From Naegleria gruberi (Eukaryota): a stretch of DNA of 64,000 nt. Below are positions 22,143 through 30,905 of the stretch, in pieces. The DNA lies in assembly GCA_000004985.1 (NCBI GenBank), contig GG738917.1. One strand, 5' to 3'. Below the pieces are notes generated by a model. It saw only the letters and a program-made list of their open reading frames with translations. It was not told the origin of the DNA and made no database searches. The stretch's first letter is position 1; each line of letters begins with the position of its first letter. A program made the position numbers and the translations under genes.

Positions 22143-23336
22143 TTAAGCAGAATTTCTAATCTTTGCAACAATTGCTTGGACTTTTGCATTGCCTGAAGCT
22201 CTTGGATCAATTCCTAAATCAGCATTAGATTTGAAACTACATCCACTCTTTTCCAAACACAATCCAAGTCCAACCTCTGTAATGTAAGCATTTTCTCTGA
22301 GAGTGTAACATGGTGCTACTTGCTGACATCCATAAAAGTAATATTGCTTTGGGCAGTTAGAAAATACAGAGCCAGCAAAACTTTGGAAATATTGCATGCA
22401 ATCCAATTTACATGCAACACATTCAGATTGTTGCTTTCCAAAGAATGAGTTACGATTTGCGTGAGAGGTTGAAGTTGGACCTGTAATATTAAAACGAGAT
22501 GGATTATAGTCAACTGTTCTTCTTGCACCTTCAGAGAGGGAAGACCTACCTGAGGCTGGTGGTGCTGCTTTAACTGCTGGCTTAACTGGGACCTTTGGTT
22601 TGACTACAACTTTTGGTTTAACTACAACCTTTGGTTTGACAGCTGGTTTGACATTCTTGACCTTACTTTTAACCTTACTCTTAGTCTTTGATTTGGCCTT
22701 TGATTTACTCTTGGACTTACTCTTTGATTTACTCTTTGATTTGCTCTTTGATTTACTGGTTGACTTGGACTTGCTCTTTGACTTACTAGCAGACTTGCTC
22801 TTTGATTTACTTGCTGATGACTTACTAGATTTGGATTTACTAGCAGATGACTTTCCTGATTTACCTGATTTACCAGATTTACCAGCTCCCTTACCAGCTC
22901 CTCTTCCAGAACCCTTACCAGCTCCTCCTCTTCCAGAACCTTTTCCACCTCCTCTACCAGCACCTCCTCTTCCAGCAGATCCACCACGAGATCCAGAACC
23001 TCCTCTTCCTGATCCACCTCTACCACCACCTCCACCTCTACCACCAGAGGAACCTCCACGACCTCCTCCACCGCCTCCACCTCTACCTCCACCTCCGCCT
23101 CCAGAGCCACCTCCTTTACCGAGAGTGAAAGCATCTGAAAGGGTTTCTTCCAATAATTCTTCCTCCTCCAAATCATCAGAAAGTGTAGTTACTCCTCTTT
23201 TAGCAGAACTCTTGGCTGTATTATCTGGGCCTCTACATTGACTTGCTGTTCCTTCAACAACAATACTGTTACCCAATAAAAATACCAACACAAGAGTTGT
23301 TATTAGAAATAAACAGACGAAACAACGACTTGACAT
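22143..23336 (-). CDS. secreted basic Gly/Arg/Ser/Lys-repeat protein with conserved C-terminal 8-Cys domain (paralog B)
   Basis: ATG verified. It has a signal peptide, GTASQCRGP, an acidic stretch, (GGGR/GSGR) repeats, and long (KS)n, (SKSK)n and (PKVVVK)n repeats. The C-terminal Cys domain is CVACKLDCMQ...YYFYGCQQVAPCY...GLCLEKSGC. Confidence 0.6.
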   Translation of the reverse strand: MSSRCFVCLFLITTLVLVFLLGNSIVVEGTASQCRGPDNTAKSSAKRGVTTLSDDLEEEELLEETLSDAFTLGKGGGSGGGGGGRGGGGGGGRGGSSGGRGGGGGRGGSGRGGSGSRGGSAGRGGAGRGGGKGSGRGGAGKGSGRGAGKGAGKSGKSGKSGKSSASKSKSSKSSASKSKSKSASKSKSKSKSTSKSKSKSKSKSKSKSKSKSKAKSKTKSKVKSKVKNVKPAVKPKVVVKPKVVVKPKVPVKPAVKAAPPASGRSSLSEGARRTVDYNPSRFNITGPTSTSHANRNSFFGKQQSECVACKLDCMQYFQSFAGSVFSNCPKQYYFYGCQQVAPCYTLRENAYITEVGLGLCLEKSGCSFKSNADLGIDPRASGNAKVQAIVAKIRNSA

Positions 23337-23660
23337 TTTTTCTGATAAAGAGTGTCAGTTTGTTGTTGGAGTACGAGGAAGAGACATGATTGGTATGCAG
23401 TAACACATGAGTTTGATTACAATCATCCTTTCCAGTTACTAATTTTCTTATAGATAGATTATAATGAAGGAAATTGCTAATGTTTGTTCAACACTTTAGA
23501 TAGCAACGAAATTGTGTTGTATTTGAAACAATATTGTTATTGTAATCTTGGTTTGATTTGAGTAAAAGGAAATTTGATTTTGATGCATCTAATTTTCAAC
23601 TAGTCATTCCAAATCTGCACATGTGAAATTGTTGTAAATATTATAGTAGGTGAGGTATTA

Positions 23661-25049
23661 TTAAAACAAATCCTCAATGTCCACATTTTCCCATCCTTTG
23701 AAAAATATTCCCTTCTTATTGACATTTAGCATTTTAGCTTCCCATTCTCTGTATCCTTTGATTGGTGCATCAGCGTTTACAATTTTACTGAATACTTTAA
23801 CTCCATTATTAACATTTTCATAAACTCCTGCCAGTAGTTCTAAATCCTGATCAAATATCATATCAACTGTTTTAGCAAATTTGTTTCGTATGAAAGGAAT
23901 CTTGTTCAGAAAATTCAATATGGAGAGGGAGGAATAGAACTTGAATATTACTTTAACTTCACCTTCTCCTGTTGGAATTAAGCAAAATACTTGTGACATT
24001 CTTGGACCTGATCTTTCATTTGCAATATAGTCAGTGGTGTCCATTCTTACAAAGCAAGGTGGAATGAATGATAACTGAACCATAAATTCTGATTTCAGAC
24101 CTGGAATTTTCTTGAATTCTGGTTTTGTGAATCGATAAGTGAAAGAATCTTGATGAATACTTTGATCGTATTGCATTTCTTTTGGAATGAGTCTTCTCGA
24201 TGGATTGTCTGATGGGATATCTTTAGATATTACGAGTTGGCTTTGAATCTGTGTGGCTTGACTTCTCTTTCCAATAGTTCCATCATGTGTAAAATCCAAA
24301 TGAGCAGGGTCAAGCAAATTCTCCAATACAAACGAGTAATGACAAGGTAGGTCTCTTGTGTTTTCTATTAACACTTCTAGTTTTGAAGAATCATCAGTTA
24401 AAAATTCTTCTCTAAATAATTCCAAAGGTATTTGATTAATATCTGCCTTAACCTTATCATTGGGAAATACCCAAATTAGTCCACAACATTCATGAACTTG
24501 TTTTGCTTGGCACTTGATGGTAGAGCACAATCCTTTCATTCTTTCAGACGAAACTGATGGAATTCTAACACATTGTCCTTCTTTTTCAAACCTCCAACCA
24601 TGATAAGCACATTCCAAGGATCTTTTCCCTTCGAATTCTGTAACTTGTCCTGTAGAAAGTTTGGCAGATCTGTGAGGGCATAAATCTTTCACACAAGTAA
24701 TATTGCCATCACTAGTTCTATACAATGCAAGTGGTTCTCCAAATAGCTTGATTGTTTTTGGTTTAGAATCAGTGATGGAAACATCTTTTGAAAGTGCCAC
24801 TGGATACCAAAACAAGGTCATTTCCAAATTTGTAACATCTGATTTGGTTTTAAATGTATCATTAGGAAATTTCTCAATAATATTCTTTTGTTTAAATATG
24901 AACGAAAAATCCAACCAATCAAATAATCGTAGATAATACTTTGATACTACAACCAATCCTCCCACAACGATAGCACCCAATGCTAGGAGCATGCTGATTG
25001 AATATTCCGATCCTAATACTTTACTTCCTATCTTTACGAGTTGTTGCAT
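23661..25049 (-). CDS. Rieske [2Fe-2S] non-heme-iron oxygenase (Neverland/cholesterol-7-desaturase-like or PaO/CMO-like), N-terminally membrane-anchored
   Basis: The Rieske motif is CPHRSAKLSTGQV...CAYHGWRF. The mononuclear-iron motif is E-x3-D-x2-H-x4-H (ENLLDPAHLDFTHDG). There is an N-terminal TM helix. ATG verified. Confidence 0.7.
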   Translation of the reverse strand: MQQLVKIGSKVLGSEYSISMLLALGAIVVGGLVVVSKYYLRLFDWLDFSFIFKQKNIIEKFPNDTFKTKSDVTNLEMTLFWYPVALSKDVSITDSKPKTIKLFGEPLALYRTSDGNITCVKDLCPHRSAKLSTGQVTEFEGKRSLECAYHGWRFEKEGQCVRIPSVSSERMKGLCSTIKCQAKQVHECCGLIWVFPNDKVKADINQIPLELFREEFLTDDSSKLEVLIENTRDLPCHYSFVLENLLDPAHLDFTHDGTIGKRSQATQIQSQLVISKDIPSDNPSRRLIPKEMQYDQSIHQDSFTYRFTKPEFKKIPGLKSEFMVQLSFIPPCFVRMDTTDYIANERSGPRMSQVFCLIPTGEGEVKVIFKFYSSLSILNFLNKIPFIRNKFAKTVDMIFDQDLELLAGVYENVNNGVKVFSKIVNADAPIKGYREWEAKMLNVNKKGIFFKGWENVDIEDLF

Positions 25050-25437
25050 TTTTTAAAAGAAATTTGATCTTACTTAATCTTGCCTTTACATCATGGCTAA
25101 TTGATCAAGTCGAGTGATAGAAGCTAGGAGGAGATTTAAATTACAACACTAACAAAACGCACTTGAGAAAATCAACAACCAGAAAATATTAGCCTTAAAC
25201 TTTAAGCATTTTTAATCTTAAAAAATATTGATGAAGAGAAGTAAGAAAATGGAAATTCTTCTTACAATTAATTCATAAGAAGTTGATAGGAGAGCTTATT
25301 ATCAATGTCCTTTCAATGTCCACTCAATGTCCACCTAGCTGGAGATGCGAATGATGTCCTCGGTAATGAAATATTAGGAATCCGAAAACCATCATCATAT
25401 TAGACAATTACACTTCATTGAATATTATTTAAACAAA

Positions 25438-26256
25438 ATGACTCAAGGAGAAGAAACATCTGGTTTGAGATTTTTCTCTAGAAACAAAAGCAAAGCTTGG
25501 GCAGAAAAGTTCTTCCTTGCCTATGGCCCTATTTGGATGCTTTACTTTGTCTTTCTGATTTATTATGAAATTTATGAAGGTGCCTCGAAACTTGGTTGGA
25601 CAATGTTTGGTGTCATAATGGCAACTCCTTGTGTTATGTATCCATTGATGTTTCCAGGAAAGGCAGACAGCAAGTTACCAATCACTGAAAGATATTGGTT
25701 TAAGGCTAATCTTTGGATTTTATTTTTCAATTTTGTTGGAAATTATTTCTGGACTCACTACTTTTTCAATCTACTTGGAGCTAGATATACTTTGGAGGCA
25801 TATAGTATCAATGATATTCCTTATTTGATGTTTTTCTGCACCCAAGCTTATTTCACTTTTTATTTCACATTTAGTAATGTTCTATTGAGAATGATTTATA
25901 CTGGAATGAAAGAATCAAGAGGGAGAACTGTCTTTGTTGTATTGTTCCTTTGTGCATTTTGCTATTTCACAGCCTATATGGAAACACTCACAATCCAACA
26001 TTTCAAATATTACACACACAAAAATAGGGATGCAATGTTAAAGTACGGTTCAATTTTCTATGCTCTATACTTTATTGTTGGATTTCCAATGTATTTCAGA
26101 GTGGATGAAGAGGAGAAGGAGAAGAAATTTTCCACATGGAAAGTTGTCACTGAGAGCTTGGCATCATGCATGTTAGTGACTATATTGCTTGACTTTTGGA
26201 GATTGATTATTGGAGGAATCATTCCAGATATTCCTCAATGCAATTGGAAAAATTAA
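25438..26256 (+). CDS. multi-pass membrane protein, cycloeucalenol-cycloisomerase (cyclopropyl sterol isomerase, CPI1)-like
   Basis: 272-aa polytopic membrane protein. Blocks (KANLWILFFNFVGNYFWTHYFF, YFTAYMETLTI, FPMYFRVDE) resemble CPI1 as far as I recall that family. Identified from memory only. ATG verified. Confidence 0.4.
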   Translation: MTQGEETSGLRFFSRNKSKAWAEKFFLAYGPIWMLYFVFLIYYEIYEGASKLGWTMFGVIMATPCVMYPLMFPGKADSKLPITERYWFKANLWILFFNFVGNYFWTHYFFNLLGARYTLEAYSINDIPYLMFFCTQAYFTFYFTFSNVLLRMIYTGMKESRGRTVFVVLFLCAFCYFTAYMETLTIQHFKYYTHKNRDAMLKYGSIFYALYFIVGFPMYFRVDEEEKEKKFSTWKVVTESLASCMLVTILLDFWRLIIGGIIPDIPQCNWKN

Positions 26257-26262
26257 ATAAAT

Positions 26263-27063
26263 TTACAAGTACTTTCTATAATCCTCCTTAGTTCTGTGTA
26301 CCAGCTTTTCCTCAGCTTTACAACTTTTACAAGTCAGAATACACTGTCGTGTCTGGACTGGATCAAACGAAACTGAAATCATGAAATGATCACAATCCAG
26401 TTGTCTCCTTTTTTCATTATCAATTTCTGATCGATGTTCATTATCCATCAAGCCATAGCCCTGCTCAGCTGCTTGAAGAGCTTTCGTTCCCTTTCGTGTG
26501 CTTCTCTTAAAATTATCATATTCTTCCTGGAAAGCATAAATGTACGAAGTGTAAGAGCGGAATTGTTCTCTAAGTTTCATATTTCTATTTGTAAATTTAA
26601 TTCTCCTGTTGAGTAAGGCAAAGTAAAGTTTCTGAAAAACCAAATGTTGTTCTGGTTTCATATCAGATGGAATAAACTTTTTTTGAAATCCAAAAATGTT
26701 TCGTGGATCTTTTAACTGAAACATGTTTTCAATTTCTTTTTCCAAAGTTTTGCCCTCCTTTATGAATAAGGCAGCATGATCCCTTTCTTCCTCTGTGGAA
26801 ATTATTTTACCAAATGTTCTTTCCAATAGATATTTCTGGAAAGGAAGAGAATAAATAATGTTTCTAATTTTTCTATCAATAAGGACATAGACTGTGTAGA
26901 GATCTTTGATTTCAAAATAATTTAGTATCACTATCCATATTTCTTCCAAATGAATTTTGGTAAATATTGTTTCTGTTAAAACTTTAGGTTTCGGTTTCTT
27001 GTTAGATTTCTTAGGGATGGTATTCAACAAGTAGTCTTCGTCTAACAATGCAAATGAAGACAT
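26263..27063 (-). CDS. hypothetical protein with possible N-terminal F-box-like region
   Basis: 266-aa ORF with ATG verified. The N-terminus has a weak F-box-like pattern (IHLEEIWIVILNYFEIKDL). Confidence 0.3.
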   Translation of the reverse strand: MSSFALLDEDYLLNTIPKKSNKKPKPKVLTETIFTKIHLEEIWIVILNYFEIKDLYTVYVLIDRKIRNIIYSLPFQKYLLERTFGKIISTEEERDHAALFIKEGKTLEKEIENMFQLKDPRNIFGFQKKFIPSDMKPEQHLVFQKLYFALLNRRIKFTNRNMKLREQFRSYTSYIYAFQEEYDNFKRSTRKGTKALQAAEQGYGLMDNEHRSEIDNEKRRQLDCDHFMISVSFDPVQTRQCILTCKSCKAEEKLVHRTKEDYRKYL

Positions 27064-27164
27064 TTTTTGATTATCCTAATTTTAAATCTGATCTTGTAAC
27101 TGTGATGATCATCCTCAAAGTGTGAAGTTTCAATTTCAAACAGTCAACTTGCAAAAAGAGCTGT

Positions 27165-27851
27165 TTATTCCACATTACAAAAAGATGTTCCAACAAAAAC
27201 AGCATCAGTATTGGAGAAAGGTTCAAGTGTTAGCAATTCTCTTGGTTTGAAATACTTTTTAACATCGGTGATTGTTTCTTGGGTCCATTCTACAGATTGT
27301 TGAACGTATCCTTCAGGTTTGTGTAGTACAATATAAAAATCTCCACCTTCTTTAAGGAATAATTTGGCATTCTCTGTCATTGCTTTGTGAGTACCATTTG
27401 TCATTATGATGTCCACTTTTTCAGGAATTTCTGATTGATATTCAGATGGATTATTTGCACTTCCACTAATTGCAATAAGATTATTTCTTTGTGATTGCAA
27501 TTTTGCAACAATTTGATAGTCAGATTCAGAACTATTAACACAATAAACTTTTCCACTAGTAGAAATAATATCCGAAATAAAAGATAAGGTAATTGGTGCA
27601 ACATCAATACACAATATCTTTCCTCCTGGTTTGACACTCATAAAGTGCAAACCAGACACAATGCTGGCAGCCAGGCGACAATCCACTCTCCATTTTCTAT
27701 ATTCAGTTCCGTTAATTGTAACGATTTCATCAAAATCAAAAACTTCAGGAATATTTGGTGCATAGTTTACAGTACACAATACATGGAATGGCTCTTCAGG
27801 ACTTGTTGTGATGAACATATTTGGAAATCTGTGTGGTTCAATTGTTGACAT
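27165..27851 (-). CDS. divergent fibrillarin-like SAM-dependent methyltransferase (no GAR domain)
   Basis: It is collinear with the fibrillarin catalytic core: EYRKWRV (cf. EYRVWNP), KPGGKILCIDVAPI (cf. KPGAKVLYLGAASG), VYCVNSS (cf. VYAVEFS), DIIMTNGT, EGGDFYIVLHK, and ELLTLEPFSNTDAVFVG (cf. EQLTLEPYERDHAVVVG). The track ORF extends 5' into the upstream gene in another frame; the first ATG (27851) is used as the start. Confidence 0.5.
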   Translation of the reverse strand: MSTIEPHRFPNMFITTSPEEPFHVLCTVNYAPNIPEVFDFDEIVTINGTEYRKWRVDCRLAASIVSGLHFMSVKPGGKILCIDVAPITLSFISDIISTSGKVYCVNSSESDYQIVAKLQSQRNNLIAISGSANNPSEYQSEIPEKVDIIMTNGTHKAMTENAKLFLKEGGDFYIVLHKPEGYVQQSVEWTQETITDVKKYFKPRELLTLEPFSNTDAVFVGTSFCNVE

Positions 27852-27903
27852 TTTTTTTTGATGATAAATCAACGGAAGGATTGGTTGTTTTGCAATGTTA
27901 CCT

Positions 27904-29367
27904 TCATTGTAAAATGCAATTATTTGTTGAGGATGACAGCAAAGATTGCACTCTCTTGAAGTTTGTGAAATGTTGAAGGTGTTTCTTGTAGGATTCGTAG
28001 TTAGCTTTCTCCTTTTCATACTTTTCAAGTTCTGTGTAGTAATAGGAAGGAGGCCACACATTTGTTTTGATTTCAATCAAATCTTCTTCCTCTAGAGAAT
28101 TCTGAATGAGTGGTAAATAGTTTGCATAATTGTTTGTCATATAGTAGAGGCATAGTTTTCGTAATTGTTTGGCATTGTAAAGTTTAGAAAACAAGTAGAG
28201 AGTTACAATTTCTTCACTGCCATTTTTTGCATTCTCTTCATTGATAGATTTCGATATGAAAACTTCACATTGAGTTTCAAGATGATTCATGTTATATAGG
28301 TGAGCTATGGCTAAAATTGTACACACAGAATTGGAATCAAATACAGGTTGTCTGTGATAGACATGTTGTAGAAAGGCCTCGCATCCTTTGATTTGATCTT
28401 CAATGGAATTAGTTAATTCTTGACCTTCAAATAGATTAATTTCAGTCATGGAAGAAGAGCTCTCAATAAAGCCATCTGTGAACATAACCTTAAAGACATC
28501 ACTGCACACAAATAGAAAACATTTGTTGGCGTATCTGTAGTTATCTCCAATTTTGAATTGAACATCAGCATACTCTTTCTTTCCAAAGAAGTTTGTGTTT
28601 AGTTTCGAATAGAAATCCTGCATAATATTTTCAGATCCCTCATTAAACAAATCACACTTATCGTAAAAGTTTTTCAGAGATGGTGCGTCGAATAAGAGTG
28701 ATAATTCATCAATTCTTCCTTTCAGGAATTTCTTCTCTAGATTAATAGTTTTCCCACAGTAAGTCAATTCTAGTATGGTTATAAATTCTTGTGTTGATAT
28801 AGATTCTACTAGCTCAAGTTTGAAAATTTTCTCCTCATAAAGTATGGTCTTAAATAAAGTGGAGTACTCAGAATAGAGCTCCGGTATTTCTTCTATCTTA
28901 TCGTTTGCAGCAAGATATTTCAATTTAGTGAATAAATTTTCCAATACTTTCGAGCAAGAACAGCTCAGAATAATACTATGAGCATATAGATTTTCTATTT
29001 CATTATTCTCATAATTCATTCCAATAATATGTACATCAGAAAATGCAGAATTATTGAGTAGTGATTGATTATTCTCAAATGAAAATCCAATTCTTTCTAA
29101 CGGTTGAGGTTTTTCTCTTTTCTCTGGTAATCGAGGACATTTCCTCACAGGAGGTGGAAGACAAGTGGAAACAAGGAGTTTCAAAGTGGATACTTTTGTT
29201 TCCTGATACGCTGCATTTATCACTCGATGCATGCACAAAGTTACATTAATATCCAAATCCGAACTTATGAGATAACTTGCACAAACATTATCCTCATTCT
29301 TTTTCACCACATTCATAATATCCTCCTCAATTATTGATCTTTGCAAATCAAAATTTTCATTCATCAT
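27904..29367 (-). CDS. tandem BTB/POZ-domain protein
   Basis: Two BTB-like signatures are present (FSDVHIIGMNYENNEIENLYAHSIILSCSCSKVLENLF and YADVQFKIGDNYRYANKCFLFVCSDVFKVMFTDGF). ATG verified. Confidence 0.45.
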   Translation of the reverse strand: MMNENFDLQRSIIEEDIMNVVKKNEDNVCASYLISSDLDINVTLCMHRVINAAYQETKVSTLKLLVSTCLPPPVRKCPRLPEKREKPQPLERIGFSFENNQSLLNNSAFSDVHIIGMNYENNEIENLYAHSIILSCSCSKVLENLFTKLKYLAANDKIEEIPELYSEYSTLFKTILYEEKIFKLELVESISTQEFITILELTYCGKTINLEKKFLKGRIDELSLLFDAPSLKNFYDKCDLFNEGSENIMQDFYSKLNTNFFGKKEYADVQFKIGDNYRYANKCFLFVCSDVFKVMFTDGFIESSSSMTEINLFEGQELTNSIEDQIKGCEAFLQHVYHRQPVFDSNSVCTILAIAHLYNMNHLETQCEVFISKSINEENAKNGSEEIVTLYLFSKLYNAKQLRKLCLYYMTNNYANYLPLIQNSLEEEDLIEIKTNVWPPSYYYTELEKYEKEKANYESYKKHLQHFTNFKRVQSLLSSSTNNCILQ

Positions 29368-30222
29368 TAAATCACATTTTGTACAAACTAATACTATTTT
29401 CTATAAATTTGTGGATTCAAATATTGCAAAAATACCTACACATGAACTATCAGATTTTAAACAATTGGGAATCCAAATTTTATCCACATTCTCCAATGTT
29501 TTCGGTTGATCAATTGCAAATCTTTCAATTCATGAATAATTGCAACTTGACGTTAAACTTACAATATTAAAATTACATCACAATCAAATTTATCATCAAT
29601 TGTACCAATCTATTCAAATTTAATTTCAAATTTAATTCAAAATATTAAATCACACCTACATGAAAACTAAGGAGATACGATTGATCACCAGATCTGAAAC
29701 TTGTTACTCCTGTACTAATTTCATCATTATTCCTAATTAATTTGTTCCGATCGTCAATACTACCAACAGAATGCTTACCCTCTTTTATTGGTTACACATC
29801 GTAGGAGAGATTGTTTTCCAACGCCTTCATCTCCTAAAATTTTGACTTTCAGAATAAGTGATGCCATTTTTTATAAATTATAAATTAAATAAATTTTAAC
29901 GGCAAGTATTGATCCAAACTTTACAAAAAAAAATGACACGAAGAGGATGTCGTCTCACTTGTTCTAATCGATTTTATTACATCACGATGATCATCTAAAT
30001 AATTCACCACTCATTAAACAAGATCCGAAAACAAAAGACTTCATTTTCCTATCGATTTGAAAATAGTGCTTTTTATTTCAGTGCCGTAAAATGATGATAT
30101 TAAAATTTCCAATCGATACAATTGTTTGATTGGTATAACATCAGACTCGGTTTATATTTTTGATAAAAAGACAAAAGAAGTGATCAATTCGTTTGCTTTT
30201 GGAGGAGTTTTGGTGATGAGTA

Positions 30223-30867
30223 TTGATGATGAATGAGCATGATGAAATATATGTTATTTCAGATCGAGCAAATGAACATTCCTACAGTGTTGAAAAGTTT
30301 AAATTGGGAGAATTTATTAGAAACAAGAATGCTCCAGCTGTTAAACCAGTTTGGATTACATCAGATACATGTTCTAATACGTATGGAAGTGTAGTATTTA
30401 ATGGTGTGAACACTAGATATTTAATTATTCTTGACAATTTTGAAAGTAATTTAAAAATATTTGATTATGAGACTGGATCTTTGATTAATAATACAATTTT
30501 TTCAGTTTATCCATATGCTTATTCATTAGGAAAGATTTCAAACAAGGAAATAGTTGTTGGATGCTCTAAGGTTTATTGAAATTTATGAAATCGATGAGAA
30601 TTCATTTGGATTAGACAAACAAGCACTCAAGTTGATCATTTCTAAACCCATTACAGATTATCCAGAATTTTTTTCTATAACACAATGAATCGAAAGATTA
30701 TTTTTTCAAATGTGTACGACAGTTCTATAACAGTTTGGAGTCAGGATAAATTAGAGCTAGTCCATCAGCATCAAGAACACCTTGATGGTATTTCAGGAAC
30801 GTGTTTGGATGTAAATACAGGAGAGCTCTTTGTTTGTTTTTCTAAGGGGGTTAGCATATTCAAGTAG
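30223..30867 (+). CDS. possible WD-repeat/beta-propeller-like protein fragment, multi-exon (approx 30223..30573 + 30705..30867; 5' exons probably upstream of 30223)
   Basis: Two ORFs can be joined in frame by a putative intron (...VVGCSK | IIFSNVYDSSITVWSQDK...). Segments resemble WD repeats (SITVWSQD, SVYIFDKKTKEV upstream). The track start is TTG. The model is tentative. Confidence 0.25.
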
Positions 30868-30905
30868 AGTGATTATTTTCCAATTTGGATAAGCATTCAA
30901 ATTTA

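Noticed and set aside
22316-23241. ORFs 22600..23241 +, 22622..23176 -, 22847..23128 +, 22316..22528 - inside Gly-rich paralog B
   Set aside because: Same repeat-shadow artefact. Their translations are homopolymeric and low-complexity (LLFDLL..., PLPEPLP...).
20460-23336. Functional link between the arginase gene and the flanking Arg/Gly-rich secreted paralogs
   Set aside because: The adjacency is suggestive (arginine-rich proteins next to an arginine-catabolic enzyme) but has no sequence-level support. It is most likely coincidental in a gene-dense region.
27852-28076. N-terminal 75 codons of track ORF 27165..28076 (MKSKQMCGLL...)
   Set aside because: They overlap the 3' end of the upstream BTB gene in another frame. 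The fibrillarin-like similarity begins after the internal ATG at 27851.
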